From the NCBI GenBank assembly GCA_016213445.1, contig JACRAJ010000001.1, forward strand, positions 78,203 to 142,202: a stretch of 64,000 nucleotides of DNA. Direction: 5' to 3'. Under the pieces are notes generated by a model. That model was not told the DNA's origin and ran no database searches. It was given only the letters and a program-made list of their open reading frames with translations. How positions within the stretch are numbered: the stretch's first letter is position 1; every line of letters begins with the position of its first letter. Below are positions 38,299-47,452 of the stretch, piece after piece. A program made the translations under genes and the position numbers. The stretch is from Candidatus Azambacteria bacterium (GTDB lineage Bacteria > Patescibacteriota > Minisyncoccia > UBA10092).

Positions 38299-38847
38299 TC
38301 AATAAGAAAAAACCGCCGCCTTGGCAATCGGCCAAGCCCTAAGCCAAACCCGGCCGACAATATCGTTTTTCGGCAAAATTCCCCAGCGCCGCGAATCGTA
38401 TGAAACGGGCCTGTTGTCGCCCATGACGAAATATTCGTCCTTGCCCAATTTTTGCTTTATTTGCCCGTCGGTGGCCAAATTTTTAGGCAAATAATTTTCA
38501 TCAAGAACCAGGCCGTCGGGATTTTTATCGTTGTAAACGATAACTTTATTTTTTTTGATTTCCACGGTTTCGCCCGGCAAACCGATTACTCTTTTTATGT
38601 AATACTTAGAAGTGTCCAAAGGATAATGGAAAACGACAACCTCGCCCCGCGCGACGGGCTTGAAATAATAACTCACTTCGTCAATCAAAAGATACTCGCC
38701 GCTTTCAAAATTGGGTTCCATCGACGCGCCTTCAACAAAAAACGGCTGAACCAAAAAATAACGAACCAGCCCCGCAAGAACCAGGGCCAGCGCCGCCACC
38801 TTTATAATATCCCAAAAAGATTTGAAAAATGACTTTAAAAAATTCAT
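38299..38847 (-). CDS. lepB: Signal peptidase I
   Basis: GASMEP, YIKRVIGLPG, MGDNR..SYDSR. Confidence 0.95.
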   Translation of the reverse strand: MNFLKSFFKSFWDIIKVAALALVLAGLVRYFLVQPFFVEGASMEPNFESGEYLLIDEVSYYFKPVARGEVVVFHYPLDTSKYYIKRVIGLPGETVEIKKNKVIVYNDKNPDGLVLDENYLPKNLATDGQIKQKLGKDEYFVMGDNRPVSYDSRRWGILPKNDIVGRVWLRAWPIAKAAVFSY

Positions 38848-38872
38848 GTTTTGTGCTATTTTACATTAAAAA

Positions 38873-39439
38873 ATGGATAAAATCAACCCCAAATTAATCG
38901 CCGGATTGGGCAATCCGGGAAAAGAATATGAAAACACCCGCCACAATGTCGGTTTTTTGTTTGTTGACGCGCTTGCCGAGAAATTAAACGCGCCTGAATT
39001 TACTTATGATAAAAAACTTAAATCGGAAATTTCCAAATCGGAAATTTTACTTGCCAAGCCACAAACCTTTATGAACAAATCGGGCGAGGCGGTTTCGGCT
39101 CTAATAAAGTACTACCACCCTACGGGTGACCACCCGAAGGGTGGTAAAATCAAGCCGGAAAACATTTTAATCGTCCACGACGACATCGACATTTTATGGG
39201 GCGATTTCAAATTTTCTTTCGGCCGCTCGTCCGCCGGTCACAAAGGAGTTGAATCGATAATTAAAGCGCTGAAAACTAAAAATTTTTGGCGGCTGAGAAT
39301 CGGCATTAAACCCGACGCCAAAAAACATATTTCGGCCGACAAAATAATCCTAAAAAAATTCACTTCAGCGGAAATGAAGACCTTGGATAAAACTATAAAA
39401 ATCGCGATTGCCGAATTGTTCGGTGAAAAAATTTCGTAA
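38873..39439 (+). CDS. pth: Peptidyl-tRNA hydrolase
   Basis: GLGNPG..TRHNVG, KPQTFMN, HDD, GHKG, RLRIGI. Confidence 0.96.
   Translation: MDKINPKLIAGLGNPGKEYENTRHNVGFLFVDALAEKLNAPEFTYDKKLKSEISKSEILLAKPQTFMNKSGEAVSALIKYYHPTGDHPKGGKIKPENILIVHDDIDILWGDFKFSFGRSSAGHKGVESIIKALKTKNFWRLRIGIKPDAKKHISADKIILKKFTSAEMKTLDKTIKIAIAELFGEKIS
39115..39144. repeat. 30-bp double-hairpin element in pth, flanked by TA on both sides
   Basis: ta CCACCC TAC GGGTGA CCACCC GAA GGGTGG ta; encodes HPTGDHPKGG. Confidence 0.85.
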
Positions 39440-39499
39440 ATTCGCGCCGCAATATTTGATGTAAAAATCAATGTTTGTTATAGTTTAGCCGCCATATAT

Positions 39500-40390
39500 A
39501 TGAACGGCGCTGAAAATAAAATCGAGGTCGTAAAAAAAACTTCGCGGAGTTATCCGACGGTTTTAAAAGAAATTCACAATGCCCCGAAACAACTTTACGT
39601 CCGGGGCAAATTGCCGGAAGACCACAGTTTGAATTTTGCCATCGTCGGCACCAGAGCGGCTTCCGAATACGGCAAAACGCTGGCCTTTGAAATCGCCAAG
39701 GAGCTTGCGGAATTGGGTTTTAATATAGTAAGCGGATTGGCCCTGGGCATCGACACACAGGCTCATTTGGGCGCCTTGGCGGCAAAAGGCAAAACCACGG
39801 CCGTTTTGGGCTCGGCCATAGACGATAATTCGATTTATCCTTCCGCTAATCTAAAATTGGTTAAAAAGATCGAATCTTCCGGCGGCGCGGTTATAAGCGA
39901 ATACGCGCCCGGCGCCAAATCGGAAAGGTGGTATTTTCCCGAGCGCAACCGGATTATTTCCGGCCTTTCCCGAGGCGTTTTGGTTGTTGAAGCGCCGGAA
40001 AAATCCGGCGCCTTAATCACCGCCCGCGCCGCGCTGGATCAAAACCGCGAAGTTTTCGCCATTCCCGGATCTATTTTTTCCAAAAATTCTTTCGGCGCGA
40101 ATAATTTGATAAAAAACGGCGCGAAAATGGTAACCGGCGTCGACGACATTCTGGAAGAATTGAATCTTTCGCGCTTGAAAAGCAAAAAAGAATCCGATAA
40201 AAAAGAAAACCTGACAAAAGAAGAGGCGGCAATTTTAAACATTATCGAAAAAGAGCCTGTCCATATTGATGAAATTTGTAAAATATCAAAAATGCCCGCC
40301 AGTAAAGTTTTGCCGGCAATCTCCGTATTGGAAATAAACGGCATAATAAAAAACATCGGCGGCGGAAAATTCGTTAAAACAATAAAATGA
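39500..40390 (+). CDS. dprA: DNA-processing protein DprA
   Basis: AIVGTR, VSGLALGID, FPERNRIISGLS, SGALITA. Confidence 0.96.
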   Translation: MNGAENKIEVVKKTSRSYPTVLKEIHNAPKQLYVRGKLPEDHSLNFAIVGTRAASEYGKTLAFEIAKELAELGFNIVSGLALGIDTQAHLGALAAKGKTTAVLGSAIDDNSIYPSANLKLVKKIESSGGAVISEYAPGAKSERWYFPERNRIISGLSRGVLVVEAPEKSGALITARAALDQNREVFAIPGSIFSKNSFGANNLIKNGAKMVTGVDDILEELNLSRLKSKKESDKKENLTKEEAAILNIIEKEPVHIDEICKISKMPASKVLPAISVLEINGIIKNIGGGKFVKTIK

Positions 40391-42429
40391 AACTAATAAT
40401 CGTCGAATCACCAACAAAAGCCAAAACAATTTCAAAATTTTTGGGAAAAGAATTCGAGGTCGAATCGTCATACGGCCATGTTCGGGATTTGCCCGAAAAA
40501 ACGCTGGGAGTCGATATTGAACATAATTTCGAACCAAAATATGTAATTGTTCCCAAGGCGAAGAAAAGAGTGGCCGAGCTTAACGCGGCGGCGAAAAAAT
40601 CAACCGAAGTGATTCTGGCAACCGACGAAGACCGGGAAGGCGAAGCTATCGCCTGGCATCTCGTTCAAGCCTTGGGCTTGGAAAAGCCAAAATCAAAAAC
40701 GGAAAAACGGAAAATCGAGAGAATTGTTTTTCATGAAATAACCGAAAGCGCCATTAAAAAAGCGCTGGAAAATCCGCGGGGAATCGACGCAAAACTCGTC
40801 GGCGCCCAACAAGCGCGGCGAGTTTTGGATCGCTTGGTGGGCTACAAGCTTTCGCCGTTTCTGCGAAAAAAAGTCGCCAAAGGCTTGTCGGCCGGCCGCG
40901 TGCAATCCGTCGCCGTCCGCCTTGTCACCGACCGCGAAAAAGAAATTCAAAATTTCAATCCGGAAGAATACTGGACGATTACCGCAAATCTTGAAAAATT
41001 AAAGGTACCCGCCTCCGCCAAGGCTTCGGCGGGCGAGCAAAGCTCGAACTTTGAAGCCCAACTCGCAAAAATCGGCGAAAATAAACTCGAAAAGTTTTCC
41101 ATAAAAAACAAAGAAGAAGCGGATAAAATTTTTTCCGACTTGTCCGGCTCCGACTGGCGAGTTTTAAAAATAGAAAAGAAAGAAACCAAGCGCCAGCCGC
41201 TCGCGCCGTTCACCACCTCGACGCTCCAACAAACCGCCTGGGCTTGGCATGGCTTCGGCGCCAAGCAAACTATGGTTCTCGCCCAACAGCTTTATGAAAC
41301 CGGCTTAATCACCTACATGCGCACCGACTCGGTAAATCTTTCAAAAGACTCGATTGCGGCGGCTTATCAAAAAATAAAAAAAGATTTCGGCGAAAATTAT
41401 TTGCCCGCGGCTCCGAGAGTTTACAAAACAAAATCCAAAACGGCGCAGGAAGCCCATGAAGCCATCAGGCCGACATCGCCGGAAAAAAATCCTGAAACGC
41501 TCAAAGAAAAACTCGACCCCCGGCAACACAAGCTTTATGATTTGATTTGGAGAAGATTTATCGCCAGCCAAATGGCAAGCGCAGTTTTTGAAGCCACCGG
41601 CGTCGATGTTTTAGCCGAAAAATCCGGCGGCAACTATACTTTCAGAGCCACGGGCAATACGCTTAAATTCGACGGCTTTTTGAAAGTGTATTCCCAAAAA
41701 TTGACGGAAATTTTATTGCCGGCGTTAGAAGAAAAAGAACCTTTGAACTTGAAAAAATTGTTGCCGGCGCAACACTTTACCGAGCCGCCGCCGCGCTACA
41801 ACGAAGCCAGTTTGATTAAAGCGTTGGAAGAAAACGGCATCGGGCGGCCGTCGACATACGCTCCGACGCTGGCCACGATTCAGGCGCGCAATTATGTCAT
41901 TAAAGACGAACAGAAAAGGCTGAAGCCGACCGAAGTCGGAACATTGGTAAACGATATTTTGGTCGAACATTTTCCGGAAATCGTCGAACTGAAATTCACT
42001 GCCAGAATGGAAGAGAATCTCGATGAAATCGCCGAAGGAAAAAAAGAATGGCAACCGGTGGTAAAAGAATTCTGGGTGCCTTTTAAAGAAAATCTCGATA
42101 AAAAAACAATGGAAATTTCAAAAGAAAAAATCGCCGTCGAAAAAACCGAATTAAAATGCCCCGAATGCGGCAAAGATTTATTGATAAGAATGGGGCGTTT
42201 CGGAAAATTTTACGCCTGCTCCGGCTTTCCGGATTGCAGGTACACGGCTCCGCTAAAAAAATCTTCCGACGGCGAAACCGCGGAAAGAGAAGATTTCGGC
42301 CCGTGTCCGAAATGCGAAACCGGTAAAATTGTGAGAAAACGCACCAGAAAAGGCCGCTTCTTCTGGGGGTGTTCAACTTGGCCAAAATGCGATTATGCCA
42401 CTTGGGAAAATCCGAAAAAAGATGAATAG
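40387..42429 (+). CDS. topA: DNA topoisomerase I
   Basis: IVESPTKA, ATDEDREGE, SAGRVQS, ITYMRTD, GIGRPSTY, C-terminal zinc ribbons. Confidence 0.98.
   Translation: MKLIIVESPTKAKTISKFLGKEFEVESSYGHVRDLPEKTLGVDIEHNFEPKYVIVPKAKKRVAELNAAAKKSTEVILATDEDREGEAIAWHLVQALGLEKPKSKTEKRKIERIVFHEITESAIKKALENPRGIDAKLVGAQQARRVLDRLVGYKLSPFLRKKVAKGLSAGRVQSVAVRLVTDREKEIQNFNPEEYWTITANLEKLKVPASAKASAGEQSSNFEAQLAKIGENKLEKFSIKNKEEADKIFSDLSGSDWRVLKIEKKETKRQPLAPFTTSTLQQTAWAWHGFGAKQTMVLAQQLYETGLITYMRTDSVNLSKDSIAAAYQKIKKDFGENYLPAAPRVYKTKSKTAQEAHEAIRPTSPEKNPETLKEKLDPRQHKLYDLIWRRFIASQMASAVFEATGVDVLAEKSGGNYTFRATGNTLKFDGFLKVYSQKLTEILLPALEEKEPLNLKKLLPAQHFTEPPPRYNEASLIKALEENGIGRPSTYAPTLATIQARNYVIKDEQKRLKPTEVGTLVNDILVEHFPEIVELKFTARMEENLDEIAEGKKEWQPVVKEFWVPFKENLDKKTMEISKEKIAVEKTELKCPECGKDLLIRMGRFGKFYACSGFPDCRYTAPLKKSSDGETAEREDFGPCPKCETGKIVRKRTRKGRFFWGCSTWPKCDYATWENPKKDE
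41008..41037. repeat. 30-bp palindromic element (PAxAKASA family) in topA
   Basis: CCCGCCTCCGCCAAGGCTTCGGCGGGCGAG; encodes PASAKASAGE. Confidence 0.85.
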
Positions 42430-43741
42430 CGCCGCTTTAATTTTAAAGGAAATGGGGTTGGACGCGGAAACGATTGCCGCCTGCTTGCTGTATGGCGAAA
42501 TTAAAAATGCGCCGCGCGATTTAAGCGGCTTAGAACAAAAACACGGAAAAAATATTTTATTTCTTGTCGAGAACGCGCTTAAACTTGATGAAATAAAATA
42601 CAGCGGAACGAAAGAACGGGCGGAAAATTTGATAAAAATGTTTTTGGTAATGGCTCAAGACATCCGGGTGGTTTTGATAAAACTGGCCGACCGATATCGC
42701 GAAATGCATATCCTCGACAAATTGCCGGAAGAAAACCGAAAAAGAATCGCCCTTGAAACTTTGGATATCTACGCGCCAATCGCCAATCGCTTCGGCATTG
42801 GCGAGTTAAAAGGCCGATTGGAAGACGAAGCTTTTAAGCATCTTTATCCCAAAGAGCACAAATGGCTGGAAAAAGAAGTATCGGTAAAATATGAAGCGCG
42901 TAAAAATTACGTTAAAAAAATCGAGCCTATTATCCGCGATATTTTAAAAAAAGAAAATATCATTCCCTTGGAAATCAACGCGCGAACCAAACATTTCTAC
43001 AGCCTGTATAAAAAACTGGAACGCCATCAGATGGATTTGGAAAAAATCCACGATTTGGTCGCCGCCCGAGTTATCGTAAAGAACATCAACGACTGCTATT
43101 TGGCTCTCGGCGCAATCAACCAAGCCTACAAACCTCTCCCGGAATTTATTAACGACTACATTGCCATGCCCAAACCAAACGGCTATCAAAGTTTGCACAC
43201 CACGGTTTTCGGGCCGGATGAAAAAATAATCGAAATTCAAATCCGAACGCGCCAAATGCACAATCGGGCCGAAAACGGCATCGCCGCCCATTGGGCGTAT
43301 AAAGAACGGGAAAATAAAAATTCCCGCGCCGAAGCGAATACTCGAAACACAATTTGGATCGAGCAATTGCGGGAGTGGCAAAAAATAATTCCGGGTTCCG
43401 ATGAATTTTTCGAATCTTTCAAAATTGATATTTTCAAAGACCGGGTTTTCGTTTTAACCCCGAAAGGGGATGTAATCGACCTGCCCGAAGGCGCCACGCC
43501 TGTTGATTTTGCCTATCAAATCCACACCGACATCGGCAATAGGTGCGCCGGCGTTAAAATAAACGGTAAAATCGCCACTCTCGACGCCGAACTGAAATCC
43601 GGCGACTTGGTTGAAATTTTAACCCAGAAAAATAAAAAACCGTCGGCCGACTGGCTGAATTTCGTAAAAACCGACATAGCCAAAGACCGTATTAAAAGCG
43701 CCGCAAAAGAGAAAAACAAAAAATTGATTTTCAGGACTTGA
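42422..43741 (+). CDS. RelA/SpoT family (p)ppGpp synthetase with degenerate HD domain and TGS domain
   Basis: IKLADR, YAPIANRFG, PKPNGYQSLHT, EIQIRT, DFAYQIHT; HD replaced by YG. Confidence 0.88.
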   Translation: MNSAALILKEMGLDAETIAACLLYGEIKNAPRDLSGLEQKHGKNILFLVENALKLDEIKYSGTKERAENLIKMFLVMAQDIRVVLIKLADRYREMHILDKLPEENRKRIALETLDIYAPIANRFGIGELKGRLEDEAFKHLYPKEHKWLEKEVSVKYEARKNYVKKIEPIIRDILKKENIIPLEINARTKHFYSLYKKLERHQMDLEKIHDLVAARVIVKNINDCYLALGAINQAYKPLPEFINDYIAMPKPNGYQSLHTTVFGPDEKIIEIQIRTRQMHNRAENGIAAHWAYKERENKNSRAEANTRNTIWIEQLREWQKIIPGSDEFFESFKIDIFKDRVFVLTPKGDVIDLPEGATPVDFAYQIHTDIGNRCAGVKINGKIATLDAELKSGDLVEILTQKNKKPSADWLNFVKTDIAKDRIKSAAKEKNKKLIFRT

Positions 43742-44639
43742 GAATTTTATCCAAAATCGCGCCGAATTCTTCCGGAGAATAAAATTCAATCAAAATTCTG
43801 CCGCGGCCGCCCGATTTGGCAAGCTTGACCCGCGTTCCGAAAAAATCTTCCAAACGCGATTCCCAAACTTTTACTTCCGGATCGGCAACGCTCTCATTCA
43901 CTCTTTTTGAAACGCCTTTGATTTGCCGTCCCAAAGTTTCCACCGCCCTAACCGATAAATTTTTCGTCAATATCTCATTAAACAGCGCCAATCTTTGATT
44001 GTCGCCGTCGACGGACAAAATCGCCCGGCCGTGGCCTTCGGAAATTTTTCCGGTTTCCACGGCTTTTTGAATTTCAACCGGCAATTGCAAAAGGCGCATC
44101 GTATTGGCCACCAATTCCCGCGACTGGCCCACTTTTTCGCCAACCTGCTTTTGCGTCAAGCCGAATTCTTTGGAAAGGCGCTCATAACTGCGGGCTTTTT
44201 CAATCGCGTTCAAATCGGAGCGCTGGATATTTTCAACCAAGGCTAATTCCAATTTTTCCCTGGCCTCGGTTTTAGGCCTTATTATCGCCGTCGCAAAATT
44301 CAATCCGGCCATCTTCGCCGCCCGAAGGCGCCTTTCGCCGGCGATTAATTCGTATGAAACTTTTATGCCCGACGGGCTTTCTTCTTCAACTTTAGTTACG
44401 ATAAGCGGCTGTAAAATCCCATGCTCGCGAATCGAATCGGCCAGGGATCGCAATTCGATTTCATCGAAATCGCGGCGCGGTTGAAGCGGATTTTCTTTTA
44501 TCTTGTCTATTTCAAGCAAAAAAACGCTCTCTTTTTCCCTCGGCCTATCGCCTTTTTCTTCAACGTTTTTATTTTGATTCGACAGCGCGGATTTCGGAAT
44601 CAACGATTCCAAGCCCCTTCCTAAACCAGAAAATTTCAT
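43731..44639 (-). CDS. parB: Chromosome partitioning protein ParB
   Basis: LGRGL, NPLQPR, IAGERR, ENIQRSDL. Confidence 0.96.
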   Translation of the reverse strand: MKFSGLGRGLESLIPKSALSNQNKNVEEKGDRPREKESVFLLEIDKIKENPLQPRRDFDEIELRSLADSIREHGILQPLIVTKVEEESPSGIKVSYELIAGERRLRAAKMAGLNFATAIIRPKTEAREKLELALVENIQRSDLNAIEKARSYERLSKEFGLTQKQVGEKVGQSRELVANTMRLLQLPVEIQKAVETGKISEGHGRAILSVDGDNQRLALFNEILTKNLSVRAVETLGRQIKGVSKRVNESVADPEVKVWESRLEDFFGTRVKLAKSGGRGRILIEFYSPEEFGAILDKILKS

Positions 44640-45406
44640 ATTGTTTTATCTAAATTAATTATTTCCTGCGCCAATTCCCTATAAGCGTAGCCGCCGGATG
44701 AAGACGGCGCGTATTGCAATATCGTTTTGCCGAAACTCGGAGCCTCGGCGAGCGACACCGATCTCGGAATAACCGCCGAAAAAACATAGCCGGGAAAATT
44801 TCGGCGGACTTCTTTGGCCACTTCGCGGCTCAATTTTTGCCGCCGATCGTGCATCGTGAGAAGCGCTCCTTTCACTTTCAAATCTCTTCCCAGATTATCG
44901 CGTATTAAACCGATTGTTTCAAGAAGCTGTCCCAAACCTTCGAGGGCGTAATACTCGCATTGAACCGGAATAATCACTTCTTCCGCCGCAACAAGACCGT
45001 TTAAAGTTAAAAGTCCGAGCGAAGGCGGAGAATCGACGATAATATAATCGTAATTCGTCCTGATTTTTTTTAAAATATCGTAAAGACGCCATTCGCGGCG
45101 CTCGGCCGACACCAACTCGATCGAAGCGCCCGCCAATTCCGGAGCGGACGGAAGAATATCGTATCCGAAAAGCCCCGTTTTTTTTACAACCGCTTCCGGC
45201 TCGGTAAAATTCGCCAAAGAATGGTAAAGATGCTTGTCGAGCGTCCGCCAATCAACGCCGATACCGACCGTGGCATTAGCTTGAGGATCCAAATCAACCA
45301 ATAAAACATATTTGCCAAGCGCCGCGAGATACGCGCCGAGATTTACCGACGTGGTGCTTTTCCCGACACCTCCTTTTGCGTTTACAACGCTGATTATTCT
45401 CGCCAT
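44636..45406 (-). CDS. parA: ParA/Soj ATPase
   Basis: KGGVGKST, DLDPQAN, DSPPSLG, PVQCEY, LAEAPS. Confidence 0.96.
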   Translation of the reverse strand: MARIISVVNAKGGVGKSTTSVNLGAYLAALGKYVLLVDLDPQANATVGIGVDWRTLDKHLYHSLANFTEPEAVVKKTGLFGYDILPSAPELAGASIELVSAERREWRLYDILKKIRTNYDYIIVDSPPSLGLLTLNGLVAAEEVIIPVQCEYYALEGLGQLLETIGLIRDNLGRDLKVKGALLTMHDRRQKLSREVAKEVRRNFPGYVFSAVIPRSVSLAEAPSFGKTILQYAPSSSGGYAYRELAQEIINLDKTI

Positions 45407-45477
45407 ATTTTATGTCTTTACTATAAGCTAAACTTATGGCAATATCAATATAAAATTTTTAACGAATGGTCGGTTTC

Positions 45478-45558
45478 GGGCGAGTGGTGGAATGGCAGAC
45501 ACGCACGACTCAAAATCGTGTGCCGCAAGGCATGGGAGTTCGACTCTCCCCTCGCCCA
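45478..45558 (+). tRNA. tRNA-Leu(CAA)
   Basis: GGGCGAG/CTCGCCC, CACGA-CT CAA AA-TCGTG, variable arm. Confidence 0.95.
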
Positions 45559-45560
45559 CA

Positions 45561-45595
45561 AATAAAAAATCCCGCAACTGCGGGATTTTTTATTT
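45561..45595. terminator. Bidirectional terminator
   Basis: AATAAAAAATCCCGCA-AC-TGCGGGATTTTTTATT. Confidence 0.85.
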
Positions 45596-45600
45596 TCAAA

Positions 45601-46179
45601 CTACCGGCGAGACAATCTTTTCAGCGCTTCTTTTACTTTCGCTTCCACGCTTTTAATGTCTTTGGGTAAATCGTTTAAAACTTTCCTGATATCGCTTTGC
45701 CTGTAGCCAAGCGCCGCGAGCGCTTCAAAAGCGTCGCCCATTTCTTTAAATCCTTCATCCGCTTCCAGAATCGTATTTTTCGCCAATTTGGTTTTAAGTT
45801 CCAAAATCAACCGCTGGGCGGTTTTTTTGCCGATGCCGGAAACTTTGGTGAAAAAATCTTCATCTTCGGAAACTATGGCCTGCTTCAAACTTGAAACCGG
45901 CGCGGTTTCCAATACTCCGAGAGCCGACCGCGGGCCGATGCCGGAAACGGAAATTAAAATTTCAAAAAATTCCAGTTCTTCTTTATCGATGAAACCGTAT
46001 AAATCCATGGCGTCCTCGCGGACGCAAAGATGCGTCCAAATTTTCGCGTCTTGGCCGTTTTGAGGAATTTCATCCAAAATTCCGGCGCGCGAAAAAACTT
46101 TATAGCCGGCGCCACTCACGCCGATTACGAAAAATTTGTCGTTTTTATCCAAAATTTTCCCTTCAAGATAAGAAATCAT
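45601..46179 (-). CDS. ruvA: Holliday junction DNA-binding protein RuvA
   Basis: MISYLEG, REDAMDLYGF, VSGIGP, GIGKKTA; start trimmed from the ORF track. Confidence 0.95.
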   Translation of the reverse strand: MISYLEGKILDKNDKFFVIGVSGAGYKVFSRAGILDEIPQNGQDAKIWTHLCVREDAMDLYGFIDKEELEFFEILISVSGIGPRSALGVLETAPVSSLKQAIVSEDEDFFTKVSGIGKKTAQRLILELKTKLAKNTILEADEGFKEMGDAFEALAALGYRQSDIRKVLNDLPKDIKSVEAKVKEALKRLSRR

Positions 46180-46246
46180 TTGGCTTAATGATACCTCGAA
46201 ACTCTTGCCAAAATCAAAAATAAAGCGTAATCTCTTGATTAAACAT

Positions 46247-46507
46247 ATGCCAATAACAAAATCAGCTGAAAAAGCCCTAAGACAAAACAAAAGACGAAGA
46301 GCGAGAAACATAAAACAGTCCCGCTCGGTTAAAGATGAGATAAAAACTCTCAAAAAGCTCGTGGTTAAAAAAGACAAAGCGGGCGCGGCCAAAGCCTTGC
46401 CGAAAGTTTACAAATCCTTGGACAAAGCCGTAAAAACAAATCTCATCAAGAAAAACACCGCCTCGCGATTGAAATCCCGCTTAACCAAAAGCGTCAATAA
46501 GCTTTGA
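46247..46507 (+). CDS. rpsT: 30S ribosomal protein S20
   Basis: MPITKSAEKALRQ..LDKAVK..KNTASRLKSRL. Confidence 0.95.
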   Translation: MPITKSAEKALRQNKRRRARNIKQSRSVKDEIKTLKKLVVKKDKAGAAKALPKVYKSLDKAVKTNLIKKNTASRLKSRLTKSVNKL

Positions 46508-46513
46508 TTTTTA

Positions 46514-47452
46514 TCATAACTCCGCGATTAAAATGGAAAGCGCGGCTTTTTCGTTTACACTGCCCGTTTTGAGCGCGAAATCCAAATCGATAATTTTGGA
46601 CAAAATCGCGCCGAGCTCTTCAATGGAAAACAATTTCGCCGCTTCCCGCGTTTTTTCCAAAACAAAAGGGTGAAGCCTTAATTCCGAAGGCTTTTCGGGA
46701 TTCGATTTGAACCTCAAAAGATTCCTGACTTGCCACGCCAAAAGACCCAATAATTCGGTCGGCTTCTCTCCGTTTTCGAGAGCTTCATGAAGAGTTTTAA
46801 GCGCTTTTTTCTTGTCTTTTTTCGCCAGCGCGTCGGTTAACGCGAAAATTTTATAATCCGCGTTCGGAATTATCAAATCTTCGGCCTGCGACTTACTGAC
46901 GACATTCTTAATTTTTTCCCCGGAGGCGGAGAAATCGGCCAGTTTTCTTATTTCATTATCGAGCCGCCAAAGATCCGAACCGCAATTCGCCATCAAAAAA
47001 TCAACAGCTTCGTTTGTGAAATCGACATTCAAGGAAGCGGCAAACCGCTTTATCCAATTCTTGATTTCATAATTTTTAAGCGATTTAAAATCTTGCGACT
47101 GGCTTGGTTTTTTTTCCAGATATTCAAAAAGCTTGTTTTTTTCCGGCTCTCCGAAAGCGGTGATGATTAAAATCAAATCCTCTCTTTCTTTCAAATTCCG
47201 TGATTTGAAAAATTCCAAAAACTTTTCCTGATCGATTCCGGCGGAAAAAATATTTTTCAAAATCATCAATTTTTTTTCGGGAATGAGCGAATCGGATTTG
47301 GCCGCTTCAAAAAAAACTTCCGGCTTTTTTTCCGCAAAATCAAAAACCGTAAAATTCAAGCCGCTGGGATTTTTTGCTTTATATCCGCGCGCCAGTTCGT
47401 TCAATTTTTGGCCGATTCCGTAAGAATTTTGTCCGTATAAAAACAGGATCAT
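46514..47452 (-). CDS. holA: DNA polymerase III delta subunit
   Basis: LFLYG, DLWRLDNEIRKL, IFALTDA, LHPFV, IDLDFALKTG. Confidence 0.88.
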   Translation of the reverse strand: MILFLYGQNSYGIGQKLNELARGYKAKNPSGLNFTVFDFAEKKPEVFFEAAKSDSLIPEKKLMILKNIFSAGIDQEKFLEFFKSRNLKEREDLILIITAFGEPEKNKLFEYLEKKPSQSQDFKSLKNYEIKNWIKRFAASLNVDFTNEAVDFLMANCGSDLWRLDNEIRKLADFSASGEKIKNVVSKSQAEDLIIPNADYKIFALTDALAKKDKKKALKTLHEALENGEKPTELLGLLAWQVRNLLRFKSNPEKPSELRLHPFVLEKTREAAKLFSIEELGAILSKIIDLDFALKTGSVNEKAALSILIAEL

